Part shown: positions 25,301 through 34,996 of the stretch, one piece after another
Position numbering within the stretch: position 1 is the stretch's first letter
Layout: each line of letters begins with the position of its first letter
Assembly (NCBI GenBank): GCA_001724265.1
Contig: MEDY01000015.1
Span: forward strand, 62,001-126,000
DNA length: 64,000 nt
Reading direction: 5' to 3'
Source of the DNA: Rhizaria sp. SCN 62-66
Lineage: Eukaryota
Notes under the pieces: model-generated
The model's input: the letters and a program-made list of their open reading frames with translations, nothing else
Told to the model about the DNA's origin: nothing
The model's database searches: none
Made by a program: the position numbers and the translations under genes

Positions 25301-25657
25301 ACCGGCGCGTCCGGCTCTAGCGGCTCTGGCAACGGCGCTGGCTCCAGTGCGCACGCGCACTTAACGCAACATGCGTTAAGTAACGTGAACAGCGGTGTCG
25401 GCGCTGCGCAGGTGCCCGCGCTTACCGTCTCGCACTCTGCTTCGGCCCACCTGCCCGCCCCCACGCCCGCGCCCGCTGCGGCAGCGGTTGCTCCTGTTCC
25501 TGTACCGACTGCGGCGGCAACGGCGGCGGCGGCGAGCGCGAGTGCAAGCAGCGCGTTTGAGGCGGAGCTGGCGTGGAGCGATGACGACGAGCTGGACGCG
25601 CGCACGGCGGCGGCCATCCAGAAGGGACAACAGCTTGGTGGCGGTGGCGCTCAGTAA
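19391..25657 (+). CDS. Large intronless single-pass membrane protein (acidic/mucin-like ectodomain, PE-repeat stalk, long cytoplasmic tail); ~2088 aa
   Basis: First ATG at 19391. Weak signal-like segment HILTFATAAVTLASAASP, D/E/T-rich region, PEPEPEP stalk (~22740-23100), hydrophobic FPLMPLLLVAAAAALLLRLL followed by RSR (~23270-23340). Stop TAA. Confidence 0.7.
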   Translation: MSASRTHVHGSGRGLAHHILTFATAAVTLASAASPHPAATAPLSTTHSSNAAASHVVSHATTASHAAVSAAARIPLAAAGDDDFDDFDVSAPGRSNLWSVAPSSTATRATVTTRGFSLDDIAGDDNSADDDDDTAAVEQPAEGESKMIWRGRDAFTNTNVNKRKLTLNGGDDDDDDDDEDDDGDDGDDSEAVITANPAAADSNDVSVEYNDADADSDGDRPTLMRQPAVPPALSRGWGAPTVIDTVSSSPNDDDGDGFSNDGRFVAATNDDVDNTVALGGTPDFADDDAAATEPTFTSLSRTDRIRSPDAVAAAADSAARSAVDYSDIADLWATIASSDSTDRNSNSNSNSNSDSNTNVISNAHTVTESSVYVDAKESTDVDSDRELTREPEVKPPAVIAESDDEVTPAAEVKPAVLTEVKPPPSGALGTDDDDVDALAAALARAHTDNAADADEAFDFDSVTPAAPVITTTHTVSTANTITDKALENTHVPGGDGAGSAPQFTDVASVLSGYSEAELLALIGAAAKADHDNNNQNTVPNVHGDKNSASASAIEASSVETLSKHTETETETEAQTKPVTVSNDVFTDAFPATRTAADVADVTTPATSDRDQTESVPPSDRENDRESDRESLSQVTISPSEVVTGLRAAAAAEGAPSLRMPPAEDDIIAHANGVSDASTPNTGAHDDAETKKDTSSVAHAHATSAGAATAGSESDLKSVKDDRAVFLPPGLGLDGLITDIDTLLASPHNPSIDPATLANIDKSSGSTGTGPAANDGEIEFLPESGSSSSSGAGAGAGTGTKGNGKEMTVVTPGFDSVDTEGLVAPVILEPAPDATAATTASASEDAAAVAVLETGGATAPGSDRDSANAAGATDAAGATATVTVVRGFGSTPIDDLTGTRAALQGIDPAAAAAAAAGAETKSVVTVVAKLPPLPDDMVVEGAVPAAADSGTEGTVFSSDSAAYAAMTGSTSPSPRVNPYAEIADAAAKSKTTADAGAGDADSGRRGPDSAAVNAPPHHSSDGGIVESNGGSNIDSGSKMEFTEDPVAVTVGDTVTAHDDKESETETAPDTVSEPAEKPDDSNADADTSAATATETATETETVGGTERTPISSEDILPDPVTETDPTPEPINPPQPMPDVTEPPSGVKPDRSTTETESEPQPEPTPETETEPAVPESTPEPEPEPVTPTPEPEPAFTGPEPVLEPVAEPEPVVEPITLAPVNLGASEPAPAVPEPTMPIITPPPTPTTPSGTGTTTGAGAGADGNGNTEVDPATDTGVVSTVTATLSNYTGPNASRFPLMPLLLVAAAAALLLRLLRSRGDSDGGGGSGSGNGFSSLSSADGDGDGDGDGDNDHDDTDIESRGSLGNNGKTKSGYGYVGATAADADDTDTGLSPVGAQSKGASASKGGEIQLTVMNSSSIASLKTPAKPANAAAAAANSGNNTNTPGSASVARAAALGLKPVSAATRGAGANINASAAATAAPLFSLAAPVGDTVSFPGHTAAAKPAAAAMNAGGANAAAANSDVWASWGTAAAASAPAAAAVAAPASNATAASGWDDWASDLADGDPAETLGSGTANNNSAAAAAALFSFPAPPSSSNNNIHFAATNIANGNQTASAPLNISFPLPAPAAAAAVGFDFPILTPSSSSPSASSHAPAALRNGNNAAIAGHVWGAPSASASADPWAVSPPAPTATTEAHMTAGAANTNGTGGSTSAWGDFDFDMNMNNNTANSSNSAAPVVSNTAVPQPHKPEVSVPVITATAPFADAEADAALAADFSSAFAFPSSHGTNVGSANSAVDDGFAAVTTAPAADLMPANQINNASSSHDPFAMAFNPFDTHVSSSTPATAANTKPAPAPVAIPAPKTVPAPVAVAAAAPVALSTSASGSSPDSTDTGAHSPVPAAGLSVSAADFAAQQAVNNNGAPRTMSSASVVGSGSGFSHFTPVSSTHSPFPAENHSSNNAAAGAGAATAFTGASGSSGSGNGAGSSAHAHLTQHALSNVNSGVGAAQVPALTVSHSASAHLPAPTPAPAAAAVAPVPVPTAAATAAAASASASSAFEAELAWSDDDELDARTAAAIQKGQQLGGGGAQ

Positions 25658-26477
25658 GTTTTATCTGGATCAAAGCGATGAGGTGTGTTTAAGTGACCCT
25701 CTTTTTCTTGCCTCGCTTGTGTTTTTGTCCGTAATTCTCATTTGAAAGTTATATAGTTTTGCACTTGAAGTATTCTCATGCAGTGTTCTCAGATTTAATT
25801 CATATCTCAACGTATCAATACACCTTTTATTTCTTTAAGACACTTTCTGCAGTTAGTATTGTTTGTGAAGTTTGACGAAGTTATCATTTTAAAGTCGTGT
25901 AGTTGTGTCAGATTAGGATGAATTACCTCACAGTCATATTAGTGATAATCAAGATGATGCAATGCGTAAACCTCATGCTGCCGTGTTTTTAGAATCACCC
26001 CCAAGAAGTTACTAAGGTTAAGCTGGCGGTGTTTGCTCAAGAGTGACCCTTGTGACCTGATTTTCGCTCTCACTTCGCTCGTCTTCCAATACCTTATATG
26101 GCTCGTTATAGATGTTCGCTTGTTCAATTGCGCGCAATTTCTATTTTCCAATACGAATCACATTATACGAGGATTTGTTGCTTGAATTTAATATGGGCGA
26201 TCTGTATTATGGACAGCAGTAAGGCTGTTTATAGTATTGGAAATCGGGCTAGTATAATTTGTTTTGGCATTCCTATTGATTTGATCGATCGTCATACAAA
26301 GTTGCATCCGTTATTATTTGTTGTTCTGGCTTATTAATACGCAGCTTCTTTTAGTTTTTCTAATAAAAATGACTTACTTACTCAAAAACCAGAGTGACGG
26401 CGCACATCTTACTGTGACTTACTAGGTGCGCCATTCACGTGCTAGCAGCAGCACACTGTTGGTCAAACTTAATTTGT

Positions 26478-27879
26478 TCACTCATTCACAGCAACAGACT
26501 CATTGTGCGTGTGCGCAGCGGCCGCGGACTCGACCCTCACGGCCACCGCGGCCGCCACGGCCAGCGCGTTGGACAGCGCGAACCAGCCGATCGTCTCGGT
26601 CACCAGCGTCGCGACAAAGCCGGCGAAGGGGACGAGGACCAGGAACGTCTCAGCGCCGGCACAGACACCACAACTCACACCGTTGCTGCCGCCGCTGCTG
26701 CAGATGCCGCTCGTCTCATCCTTCGCGGCGGCACTAGAAGCGGTGGTGGAGGCGGGAGCAGGGGCGTGAGCAGAGGGGCGGGAGTCGCTGTCACTGCGGC
26801 CGCGGGCGCCGCGCCTGCCGCGGCCGCTCGCGCCAGAAACAGCCGCTGCATTAGCAGAGTCAGAAGAGTGGCTGCTCGCGCTAGAGCGGATCGAGGCCTT
26901 GAGGAGGCTGTTAGCGCTCCAGACCGAGGCGGCGACGAGCGAGGCCATGACTACGACGGGGGCGACGACGGCCAGAGAGTGTACCCTGCCCGCGGCGGCG
27001 CCGATGAGGAAGCAGGCACCCGCGCCGATCGTGGTCACGGCCGCCGTGGTGACCAGGGAGCGGAAGAGGCGGGCGCGCTCGCGGACGCCCGCGGCCGTCA
27101 GTGCGGCCGACGTGGGCTGCGGCGGGGACTGGGGCGCAGCGGTGGCTGCAGTCAGAGTCGAGGAAAGGTCCTTGAGCTCGGCGGCGGCCGAGGCGTTGTT
27201 GCTGATGCCGGCGGGCGCAGAGATGGTAGGGGGAGCAACCGTGAGCACGAGCGCGGTGGCCTCGGAAGACTCGGGCTCGTCGACCGCAGTGACTACGGTT
27301 TCAGCAGAGGAGTCACTTAAAGCGATGGAGATCTTGGAGGGCTGGGAGTCGAGCAGCAGCACAATCGAGATCAGGCCAGCTGCAACAATAAGGCTGAAAT
27401 GTAACGCAACAAAACATGGTTGAAGTGTAAGTTAGGTAAGCTTTGATGGTCAGAAAGTGCGTGATATCTTCAGTAAAGTGAGAGGTGGGGGAGACATCAT
27501 GTGATGTGGGGAAGGAACGTACACGCCAACTTGCTCGAACGAAAAGCCCGGCGCAACAAGGTTAAACACGGTGAGCGCGCTGGCAATGCCGCCAACTGCG
27601 GCGACGCGCGCGACGGGAGCCTGGGCAGCGAGTGCTGCGAGAGGGGCCCACTCGAAGCGCGTAGGGGTCTTGGGACGACTGAAAAAGGTCGACAGCATAT
27701 CAAGCACACTAAAGGCTGAAAAAAAGAGAGATATAGGGAATAAACAAGGTAAAGGATTACGTGAATAATTTTACATAATATAGCGAAACGACATGCATAT
27801 CGAAGGGCGGGACACGATAGTATTTCATGTTTTGTAAAGTGAGAAGGAGAGTCTCACTTGACCGGATGAGAGGAGGCAT
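26478..27879 (-). CDS. Uncharacterised multi-pass membrane protein; exons 27879-27858, 27715-27523, 27393-26478; ~376 aa
   Basis: Frame-consistent introns (GTGAGA...TTCAG; GTACGT...TTCAG). Several hydrophobic helices (VAAVGGIASALTVFNLV, VLIVAAGLISIVLLL, AAVTTIGAGACFLIGAAA, LAVVAPVVVMASLVAASVW, FLVLVPFAGFVATLV). Stop TGA. Confidence 0.65.
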
Positions 27880-28221
27880 ATCAACAGCTGCAAAGCAGTG
27901 TTAGTGTCCCCGAATGAAGCCTCAAATTTAATAAAATACACAACAAGTTCAATATATCACGCTGATCATTATATATGTACTCTTTACGGCCTCTGTCAAG
28001 TACTGTGCTGAGTATTGCAAAGTCATTCGCGTCATCGTCACGTGTCTCCTTTTGGCCCTTACGCGAATGCGTTTGTGGTTGTAGGGAGAGTACAGCGGAT
28101 ATGAAGTTAAAAAGTTAACTTCTCCTGACGTACGTTTTGCTTCAGATAGTTCACTGGTAGCTCTAGTTAAATAATTGGGTATAACCGAAACATAGCGCAC
28201 ATCTGCACGGTATTTAGACCT

Positions 28222-30109
28222 TTAGACCCTGGGCACTGCGAGCACTGTCATGACAGGATACGACACCGCAATCTCCGTCTCAAGCGAGCCATAGATCCGC
28301 ACTAGTCCTTCCCTCACTGTGTCCATCGGGTCTGCGATCTCCCCGCGCGCGGCCGCGGCGCCGTTGCGCGCCTGCCACGTGGAGTAGGCTGACCAGGAGC
28401 CCAGGTACGTAAGGAAGGCCGAGACGGGCATGCGACGCTTGATCGCGAAGTCGGCCTCGAGCGGCATCACCGTGGTGCGGGGGTCCGACAGAGCGGCGGC
28501 GCCGCAGCGGTGCGTCGAGGCCCACGAAGGCTCGGCCTGCAGAAAGCGGCGCGCACTGGGCAAAGTGAACAAGATGACCCAGGAGCGAGAGGAGAGGTAA
28601 AGGTGAGTACGTTAATGGACAAGCAAGTGCATACGCTTCGTACTCAAGTGGGATAAGCAAACCAAATTTCAATATAATTGTTGGTCCCACCACTATTGAA
28701 AGGACTAACTATGAATTTCTGATAATGAGTAAATTTGGTTGTCATATAGCACGATTTGTTATGACTCTGACGACGTACATCCACTTTTCATGGTCGACGG
28801 CAGCGAAGATGGCATCGTAGCGGTCGTTGACCAGTTCGCGGCGCGGAGACCAGTAGCCGTGCAGCGCGGTGCGGGAGAACCAGACGTTGACCTACAAAAA
28901 CATGATCAATCGGCAAAAGGTAGTGATGGGAGAAGTCCGTGAGATTTATCGATGAGAAACGGCGGAGGAGGGAGGATGAGAGTACATTGGGAGCTGCAGT
29001 TTTGCGTATAAACAGACAGAACGTACCAGCTTGGTGGCTTCGTCAGAGTCATCCAGAGTCGGGTCATCGTACCCCACGATGGCCAACATGCCGGGCTTCT
29101 GTGCCCCATCCCCCTTGAGCACAGTCGCGATCTCAGCGAACGCACGGGGGAACTCGAACCAGTGGAACGCCTGCGCCACGGTCACAAGCCCCACGCGTCC
29201 CTGGCGGCCTAATTTCAAGTCGCCCTGCTCGGCGGCAGAGGCAGCAGCGGGGAAGCCGAGGGCCGTCGCAGTGGCGTCGGGTAGGGACGCGAGGAAAGTG
29301 GAGACTAGCGCTGGCGTGCTGTCTACTTCGCCAACGGCGTAGGTCGTCGAGTCGGACTGGGGAGCGTGGTCAATTTGCGTCTATATGCGGATTAATATCA
29401 ACAAAACAAATGTAAAAGTGGTCAAATAAAGCTTTGTTATTGAAAGTTGATATGATCGTCAGCAGTACAAGTGTGAACGTTGAAAACTTGAAGGGTGAAA
29501 TGTACCTTGGAGGGATCAAAGCCAAAAACGTGCTTGGCGTTAACAGGCGGTTGTGTCAACATCGCAGTGAGCTGACCGGAGCCGCACGCGATGTCAACCG
29601 CGAGACCAAGCTCAGGAGCAGCGTTGGCACTGTCTGCGTTGTCGCTACTGCTGTCGGTCGCAGCGGCGGGAGCGACTGTGCTCGAAACAAACTCGAACTC
29701 GGACAGAGACGGGGCGGCGGCGAGCGCGGCAAGGTTGTTGGCGAGGAAGTTGAGAACTGCGGGTGGGTACGTAGGACTGCGAAGGGTTTGTTAAGCAAGG
29801 TATTCGGTCACCGATAAGAGTGAAAAGAGAGTGAGACGGAAGCAGTTGTAACACCGAAGGTGTGTTTCATATGTGAATATCAATCGCGCAGAAATAAAAA
29901 TCTGGTAGATATCCGTACCGGGCCTTGGCGTAGTTCTCAATCTGGCTGTTGTTCGTAAACAATGTCTTGAATCCGGGCTGGGCAGCAGCCGCAGTGGCGT
30001 CGGCAGATGAAGAGCTCATCAAACGAAGGGATCTACCAAGAACGAGTGCAGTACGCGATATAACGCGAGTCCGAGAAGTTCGGTTTAAGAATAGAAGGTG
30101 CGACAGCAT
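28222..30109 (-). CDS. Class I SAM-dependent methyltransferase (Methyltransf_11, Crg1/Tmt1-like), possible mitochondrial presequence; exons 30109-29919, 29776-29506, 29380-29027, 28891-28779, 28555-28222; ~420 aa
   Basis: Spliced motifs YAKARPTYP, LAVDIACGSGQLT, VFGFDPSKTQI, LVTVAQAFHWF and YLGSWSAY. All four introns keep frame. Arg/Ser-rich N-terminus. Stop TAA. Confidence 0.85.
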
Positions 30110-30422
30110 GTTATTTACGGTTAGCAGGAATTTATGCAGCGTGACGATGGGGATACATCATATCAACACGAGATTTATCGTACACCCAAAGCTCGTCGCC
30201 CGACGAGCCCCGTCAAATCTACGTTTGTGGCCAAACTTCCCTGGCGACGTTTTCTCGGAATTTCACTCTTGGATGGAGTGCTCTTATTTTAATATAATCA
30301 TTATCTGATGATTTAATGTATTCTACTTTTGTTATGCGACGATGTGACGATAAATACCCCACGAACCACCATCATCTCTACATGCCACATGCTTGCCCTG
30401 CTGATTGCCTCAGAGCCCCGCG

Positions 30423-31991
30423 ATGTCTGCCAAGGCCCAGCGCGCGCTTATCGCCGTGCTCGGCACAGCTGCCCTGGCCTCTGGCGCGTACGCTTCCTTC
30501 CGTTTCACGAGCGACCGCAAGCTCGAGAAGGAAGGCAGCGCGCCCAACGTCTCCGTCTCCCTCCCCGGCGCCACGGCGGGCGCTGCGGAGAAGGTCGACG
30601 ACACGTCGCGCCGCTACGCCCGCAACTCGCCCCAGTACGACGCCAAGCTGGACGCTGAGGAGGCGCGGCTGGGCATGTTTGACCACCGCGAGCGCGCGCT
30701 GCGTCACGCCGCGGGGCACGTGCTCGAGGTCGGCGTCGGCACAGGCCGCAACGTGCCGTTCTACAACGGCAATCTCGTCACGTCCCTCACGCTGGTCGAT
30801 GTGACGCGGGAGATGCTCGAGTACTCCATCGCCAAGGCTGCGGCGCGCTTTGTCGCGGCCGGGGAGCCGGCTATTCTTGCTACCGCGGCCGACACTGAAA
30901 GGACGACTCTGAGCAACAACAACAACGACTCGACTGCTGCTGCTGCAGAGGCAACCAAGACGGTCGTCAAAGGTGGCTGCGTCTTACTCCCACGCTCAGA
31001 CTTCCCCGCTAACACACTTGCGGCAACCCCAGTCTCTCACACCAAGACCCCCAAGTCCAATAGCGAAAGCGCCAGCGCTGGTGCGAGTGCGAGTCCGAGT
31101 AGTTACGGTGCCGCCTCGCTCGCCGCCGCCTCCGCAGCAATTGCGCGCTTCTTCCCCGCCGCTGTCGGCACCGCACTCGGTCCCTTGGCCACCACTGCCC
31201 CCGCCTCGGCTTTTACGAATGCACTTGACCCTTCGACTAGCGCCGCTACTGCTGCCGCTGCTGCTGCCGCTGCTGCTGCTACTCCTGCTGCTGCTGCTGC
31301 GAATGGACCTGTGCCTGCGTTTGATGCCGCTGCCACCCAGGCTGCCGCTGCCGCGCTCGTCACCGCTGCCCCGGCCGCGTACGGCCCCCTATTTGCCAAG
31401 GCTGGGCTTGCGCTCGCTGAGGTAGCCTCCCCCGCAAGCGCAGCCGTCCCATCTCTGCCTTTCCAGTCGCACTCCCACTCACAAGCCCAGTCTCAGCAGG
31501 CGCAGGCGCAGCAGGCTCATGCGCATTCGCAGTCTCAGTCGCTGGCGCTGTCCCGCGCCTCTACGGCGCCCCGCACGGCGTTCGTGACGGCCGACGCGCA
31601 CTCGCTGCCCTTCACGGATGAGTCGTTCGACACCGTCGTCGACGCGTTCGGGCTCTGTTCCTACCACGACCCCGCGCGCGCGCTGCGGGAGATGCAGCGT
31701 GTGTGCCGCCGCGAGGGCCGCGTGGTGCTGCTGGAGCACGGGCAGGGCGACAGCGCGCTCGTCAACATTGAGATTAAGATGAACCGGGAGCGCCATCAGA
31801 AGCTCTGGGGCTGCGACCACGGCAAGGACATCGACGCCATTGTGAAGCAGTCGGGGCTAGAGGTCGTGAGCGCGGAGCGCAGGCATCAGGGGACGACGCA
31901 TATCATTCTTGCGCAGCCCGGCGCCGGCGCGTACAACGGCAAGACGGACTGTGCTGTGGCGACTGCTGTGACGGCGCCGAAGGCGCAGTGA
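30423..31991 (+). CDS. SAM-dependent methyltransferase, OMS1/METTL7-like, with N-terminal membrane anchor; ~522 aa
   Basis: Motif I VLEVGVGTGRN, LTLVDVTREML, ADAHSLPFTDESFDTVVDAFGLCS..DPARALREMQRVCR.EGRVVLLEHG and WGC. Hydrophobic LIAVLGTAALASGAYASF near the start. Stop TGA. Confidence 0.85.
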   Translation: MSAKAQRALIAVLGTAALASGAYASFRFTSDRKLEKEGSAPNVSVSLPGATAGAAEKVDDTSRRYARNSPQYDAKLDAEEARLGMFDHRERALRHAAGHVLEVGVGTGRNVPFYNGNLVTSLTLVDVTREMLEYSIAKAAARFVAAGEPAILATAADTERTTLSNNNNDSTAAAAEATKTVVKGGCVLLPRSDFPANTLAATPVSHTKTPKSNSESASAGASASPSSYGAASLAAASAAIARFFPAAVGTALGPLATTAPASAFTNALDPSTSAATAAAAAAAAAATPAAAAANGPVPAFDAAATQAAAAALVTAAPAAYGPLFAKAGLALAEVASPASAAVPSLPFQSHSHSQAQSQQAQAQQAHAHSQSQSLALSRASTAPRTAFVTADAHSLPFTDESFDTVVDAFGLCSYHDPARALREMQRVCRREGRVVLLEHGQGDSALVNIEIKMNRERHQKLWGCDHGKDIDAIVKQSGLEVVSAERRHQGTTHIILAQPGAGAYNGKTDCAVATAVTAPKAQ

Positions 31992-32397
31992 AGAGATCAA
32001 CGCTTCCCTTACCAAGATGGCGAGTATTTATTGAATGATGATTTGTGCGTTATTTATGCTAGAGAATAAAGAATGGAAATTCAAGTTATTGAAAATAAGC
32101 TACGTGTCGTAATTTTAATGTATTTTTCGGGATAATTGAAAGATAAGACAAACAAAGAGAAGCAAGCTAACCACACATGATAAACACGATACGAACTAAT
32201 GTAACACTCATGATGAATGAGGAGCAGCTTCGCACAAGAAACATTTTTCAGCACACATACGTACAAAATAAAAGAAATACACAATAGAGTACATAGACCT
32301 CGATGAATACTGATATCTCAAGGTACTTAGATCATTTGACTAGTTTTTTCGTTTACCAACATCACACCACCTAGTTGGAGGTACTTAGGCGCGAATA

Positions 32398-34474
32398 TTA
32401 GAGGTACTTAGACGCCGTCCTCCACTGGCACTTGTCTTTTCCGAGTACAAAAAGTTGGTACGCGAGCGGAATGAGCAGAATGCCTTGCATCCAGAACAAG
32501 AACAGTGTCGGACTCTTCATTTGCTCCACGAGATCCGTGAGCAAGTAGTTTGTCTCTGCGTCGCCGCAACCTGCGGACACGGCGCCGTCGATGGACAGCC
32601 AGTAGTGCCGCACGAGCAGCTGCATGCCCGACGTCACGCCCAGCGCAACAGCGACGGCGATGAGGTACGAGGCAAAGAAGTTGGCGCACCCGCGCGACTC
32701 CGTCTCGTGGTCGCGAACATTAGCGCGGCGGCGGTAGAAAAACCGGATAAACGCGGCGGTCGCCAACAGGAACGAGAGCTGGAAGCCCGCGACGGCAAGC
32801 ACGGCGGCGAACCCGCGACGCTGGGCGCGGTGGCCGATAGCGAGCACCTCAGATCGCGAGTACGCGCACGTGCGGTCCCACGGCGGCTCGCGCAGCGCCA
32901 TGATCGCCGCGGCGTCCTCCTCCAGGTCGGGTGCGGACCCCGTCTTGGTGAAGCCGTTGTCGCGCAGCCAGAGGATGAGGTCCGTGGTGGGCATCGTGGC
33001 GGCGGGAAAGTACCGCGTGTCAACAATGCGGCCAGACGGGTGTAGCGGAGAGCCGCAGTCGCGGTCGATCTTGTCCCCAGTTGCCTGCGCAGGGAGATGA
33101 AAAAACAATGGGTATAGATTGTACATAATTATGTTAGTGCCGTGCGACAATATTTTACTCAAACATGAATAAATATTATTTATAGTTGATTACTTAAAAT
33201 TAAACAGTTGTGAGCGTGTTAATGTGATCTTATTTACGATTTAATGATAAAACAATGGCCCGTACCTGGTTGCGGCAGACGAGCGGAGGCTGCCCGACGG
33301 CGAACATAGTGTGCGCCAGCGGCGAGGGTCCGTCGCGGCGCGGAATGAGCATCCAGCGCGAGCCGTGCCAGTCCCACTCCAGCACTGTCGGCTCCGCGTC
33401 CCCGGGCACCTCCTGGATGGTGAAGGATGTGATCGGGCACTTGAAGTCGGGTAACGCGGCGTCCTCGACGGGGTAGCAAGAATCCTGCCCGCAAAGCACC
33501 TCGCCGACGCGGCACTGCATCTTTCCGGGGCCGGGAAACGCGCGGGCACGCGTGGCCGCGGGCTCCAGCGGGGAAAGCTTGGCGCAGAAGACGACGCCCA
33601 TGAAGACAGCGACAGGCCAGCTCGTCTTGATCGGATGGATCACCGCGTCGCCCGCGCCCGCTCCTGCACCGGCACCCAGGTTCACGTCCAGACCGGCGTC
33701 GCTCATGGAGTTCGCGTTGACGTTGGCATTGACGCTGACGGAGGGGAGGAACTGGAATGACAGTTCTTGCTCCGACGACAGCCAGTAGGGAAAGTCCTCG
33801 GGACAGATGAATGATGCGGCGGGATGGTTTGACGCAGAGGGTGCACCGGCGCCGGAGCCAGAGCCGAGAGACGAGGGAAGCAAAGAGGAAAACCAGGAGT
33901 TGTGTTGCTGCTGCTGGCGCGCGGCGTGGTCGTCCGTGTGCTGTTTGAGGAGCTGCAGCTGCGCGGGAGTGGGGACGATGGGGCGGACCTCCAGGATGGG
34001 GGCGCGAGACCAAGCGATGTCCAGGTCGGTGAAGGCGGTGGCGCGGAAAGGCCAGATAATAACCACTATGGTGGCAAGAATAAACGCAATCAGGGGCGGG
34101 ATCAACTGTTGTGGGCGAACGGGGCGGCGCGAGTGCAAATGCAAGAAAACAACAAGTTGTAGAAAACGGACGTAAGCAAGGGTCGCGAATCGAGATTTCA
34201 GGGGACTTGAAGGCGGTAAAAATAAACGGTTGAAGCAAACCCAAAAGGATGGCAAGTGAGTTGATTGGGAACGTACGGGGATAAAGGTCTTGCATCGCTC
34301 AAACCTTGTGAAGTTCTCAGGGGAGTCCATCTTCCAGTCCGTCCAACAGGTCCGCAGACACGAAGGCACCTTGGTCTGCCGGGCCTTGGGCATCAGCAGG
34401 GGGTTATCCAGCTCAATGTGATCCGCGGGGATGCCATCATAGGCGTAGATAATGAATTTCTTCGCGCCAGACAT
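32398..34474 (-). CDS. Uncharacterised membrane protein with Cys-containing extracellular region; exons 34474-34277, 34105-33266, 33084-32398; ~574 aa
   Basis: Two phase-0 introns (GTACGT...CAG; GTACGG...CAG). One N-terminal TM (LIPPLIAFILATIVVIIW), a Cys-rich region (CPEDF, FCAK, CRVGEVLCGQDSC, CPITS, C..DRDC) and three C-terminal TM segments. Stop TAA. Confidence 0.7.
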
Positions 34475-34996
34475 GAGTGGGTCAAGAGGCGCTGAAGCGC
34501 GCCGAGGCGGGAAGCTGGGAGGGGAACTTTAGGAACAGGGGCGAGGGAGACTGGAGACGCGCGTGCTGCGAAGGGGCCGAGAGAGGATATAGGCAGAGTG
34601 TAATGGTAAGATAATTAAAATTAATGAGGATACACGTCACAAATACATCTTGTTAGCAACGATCAACGTTAGTTTATGATCAGGAGAGGCGGTATAGAGC
34701 TGTCAAATTGGTGGCGACGACTCCCTCGACAGATCGCCGACGAGCCAACGGGTGACATGGAGGGAATCCGGGTCGTCGATATCTCTCGAACCTGATCGTC
34801 AGTACTGCGTTTGCAATTATGTCGCAGCTTAATTGAATATTTTGTACATTTTATATTTGTTTTCTCTTGACCACTGTCCGCCTTTGCCTTTTCCGAGCTA
34901 TGATATCCCCGCGACCACACCGTTCAGACTCCTCCTCACCCCAATTCACCCAATTCAACCGCATAACTCTTCCTAAACACGCTCATTTGCCTGTAG

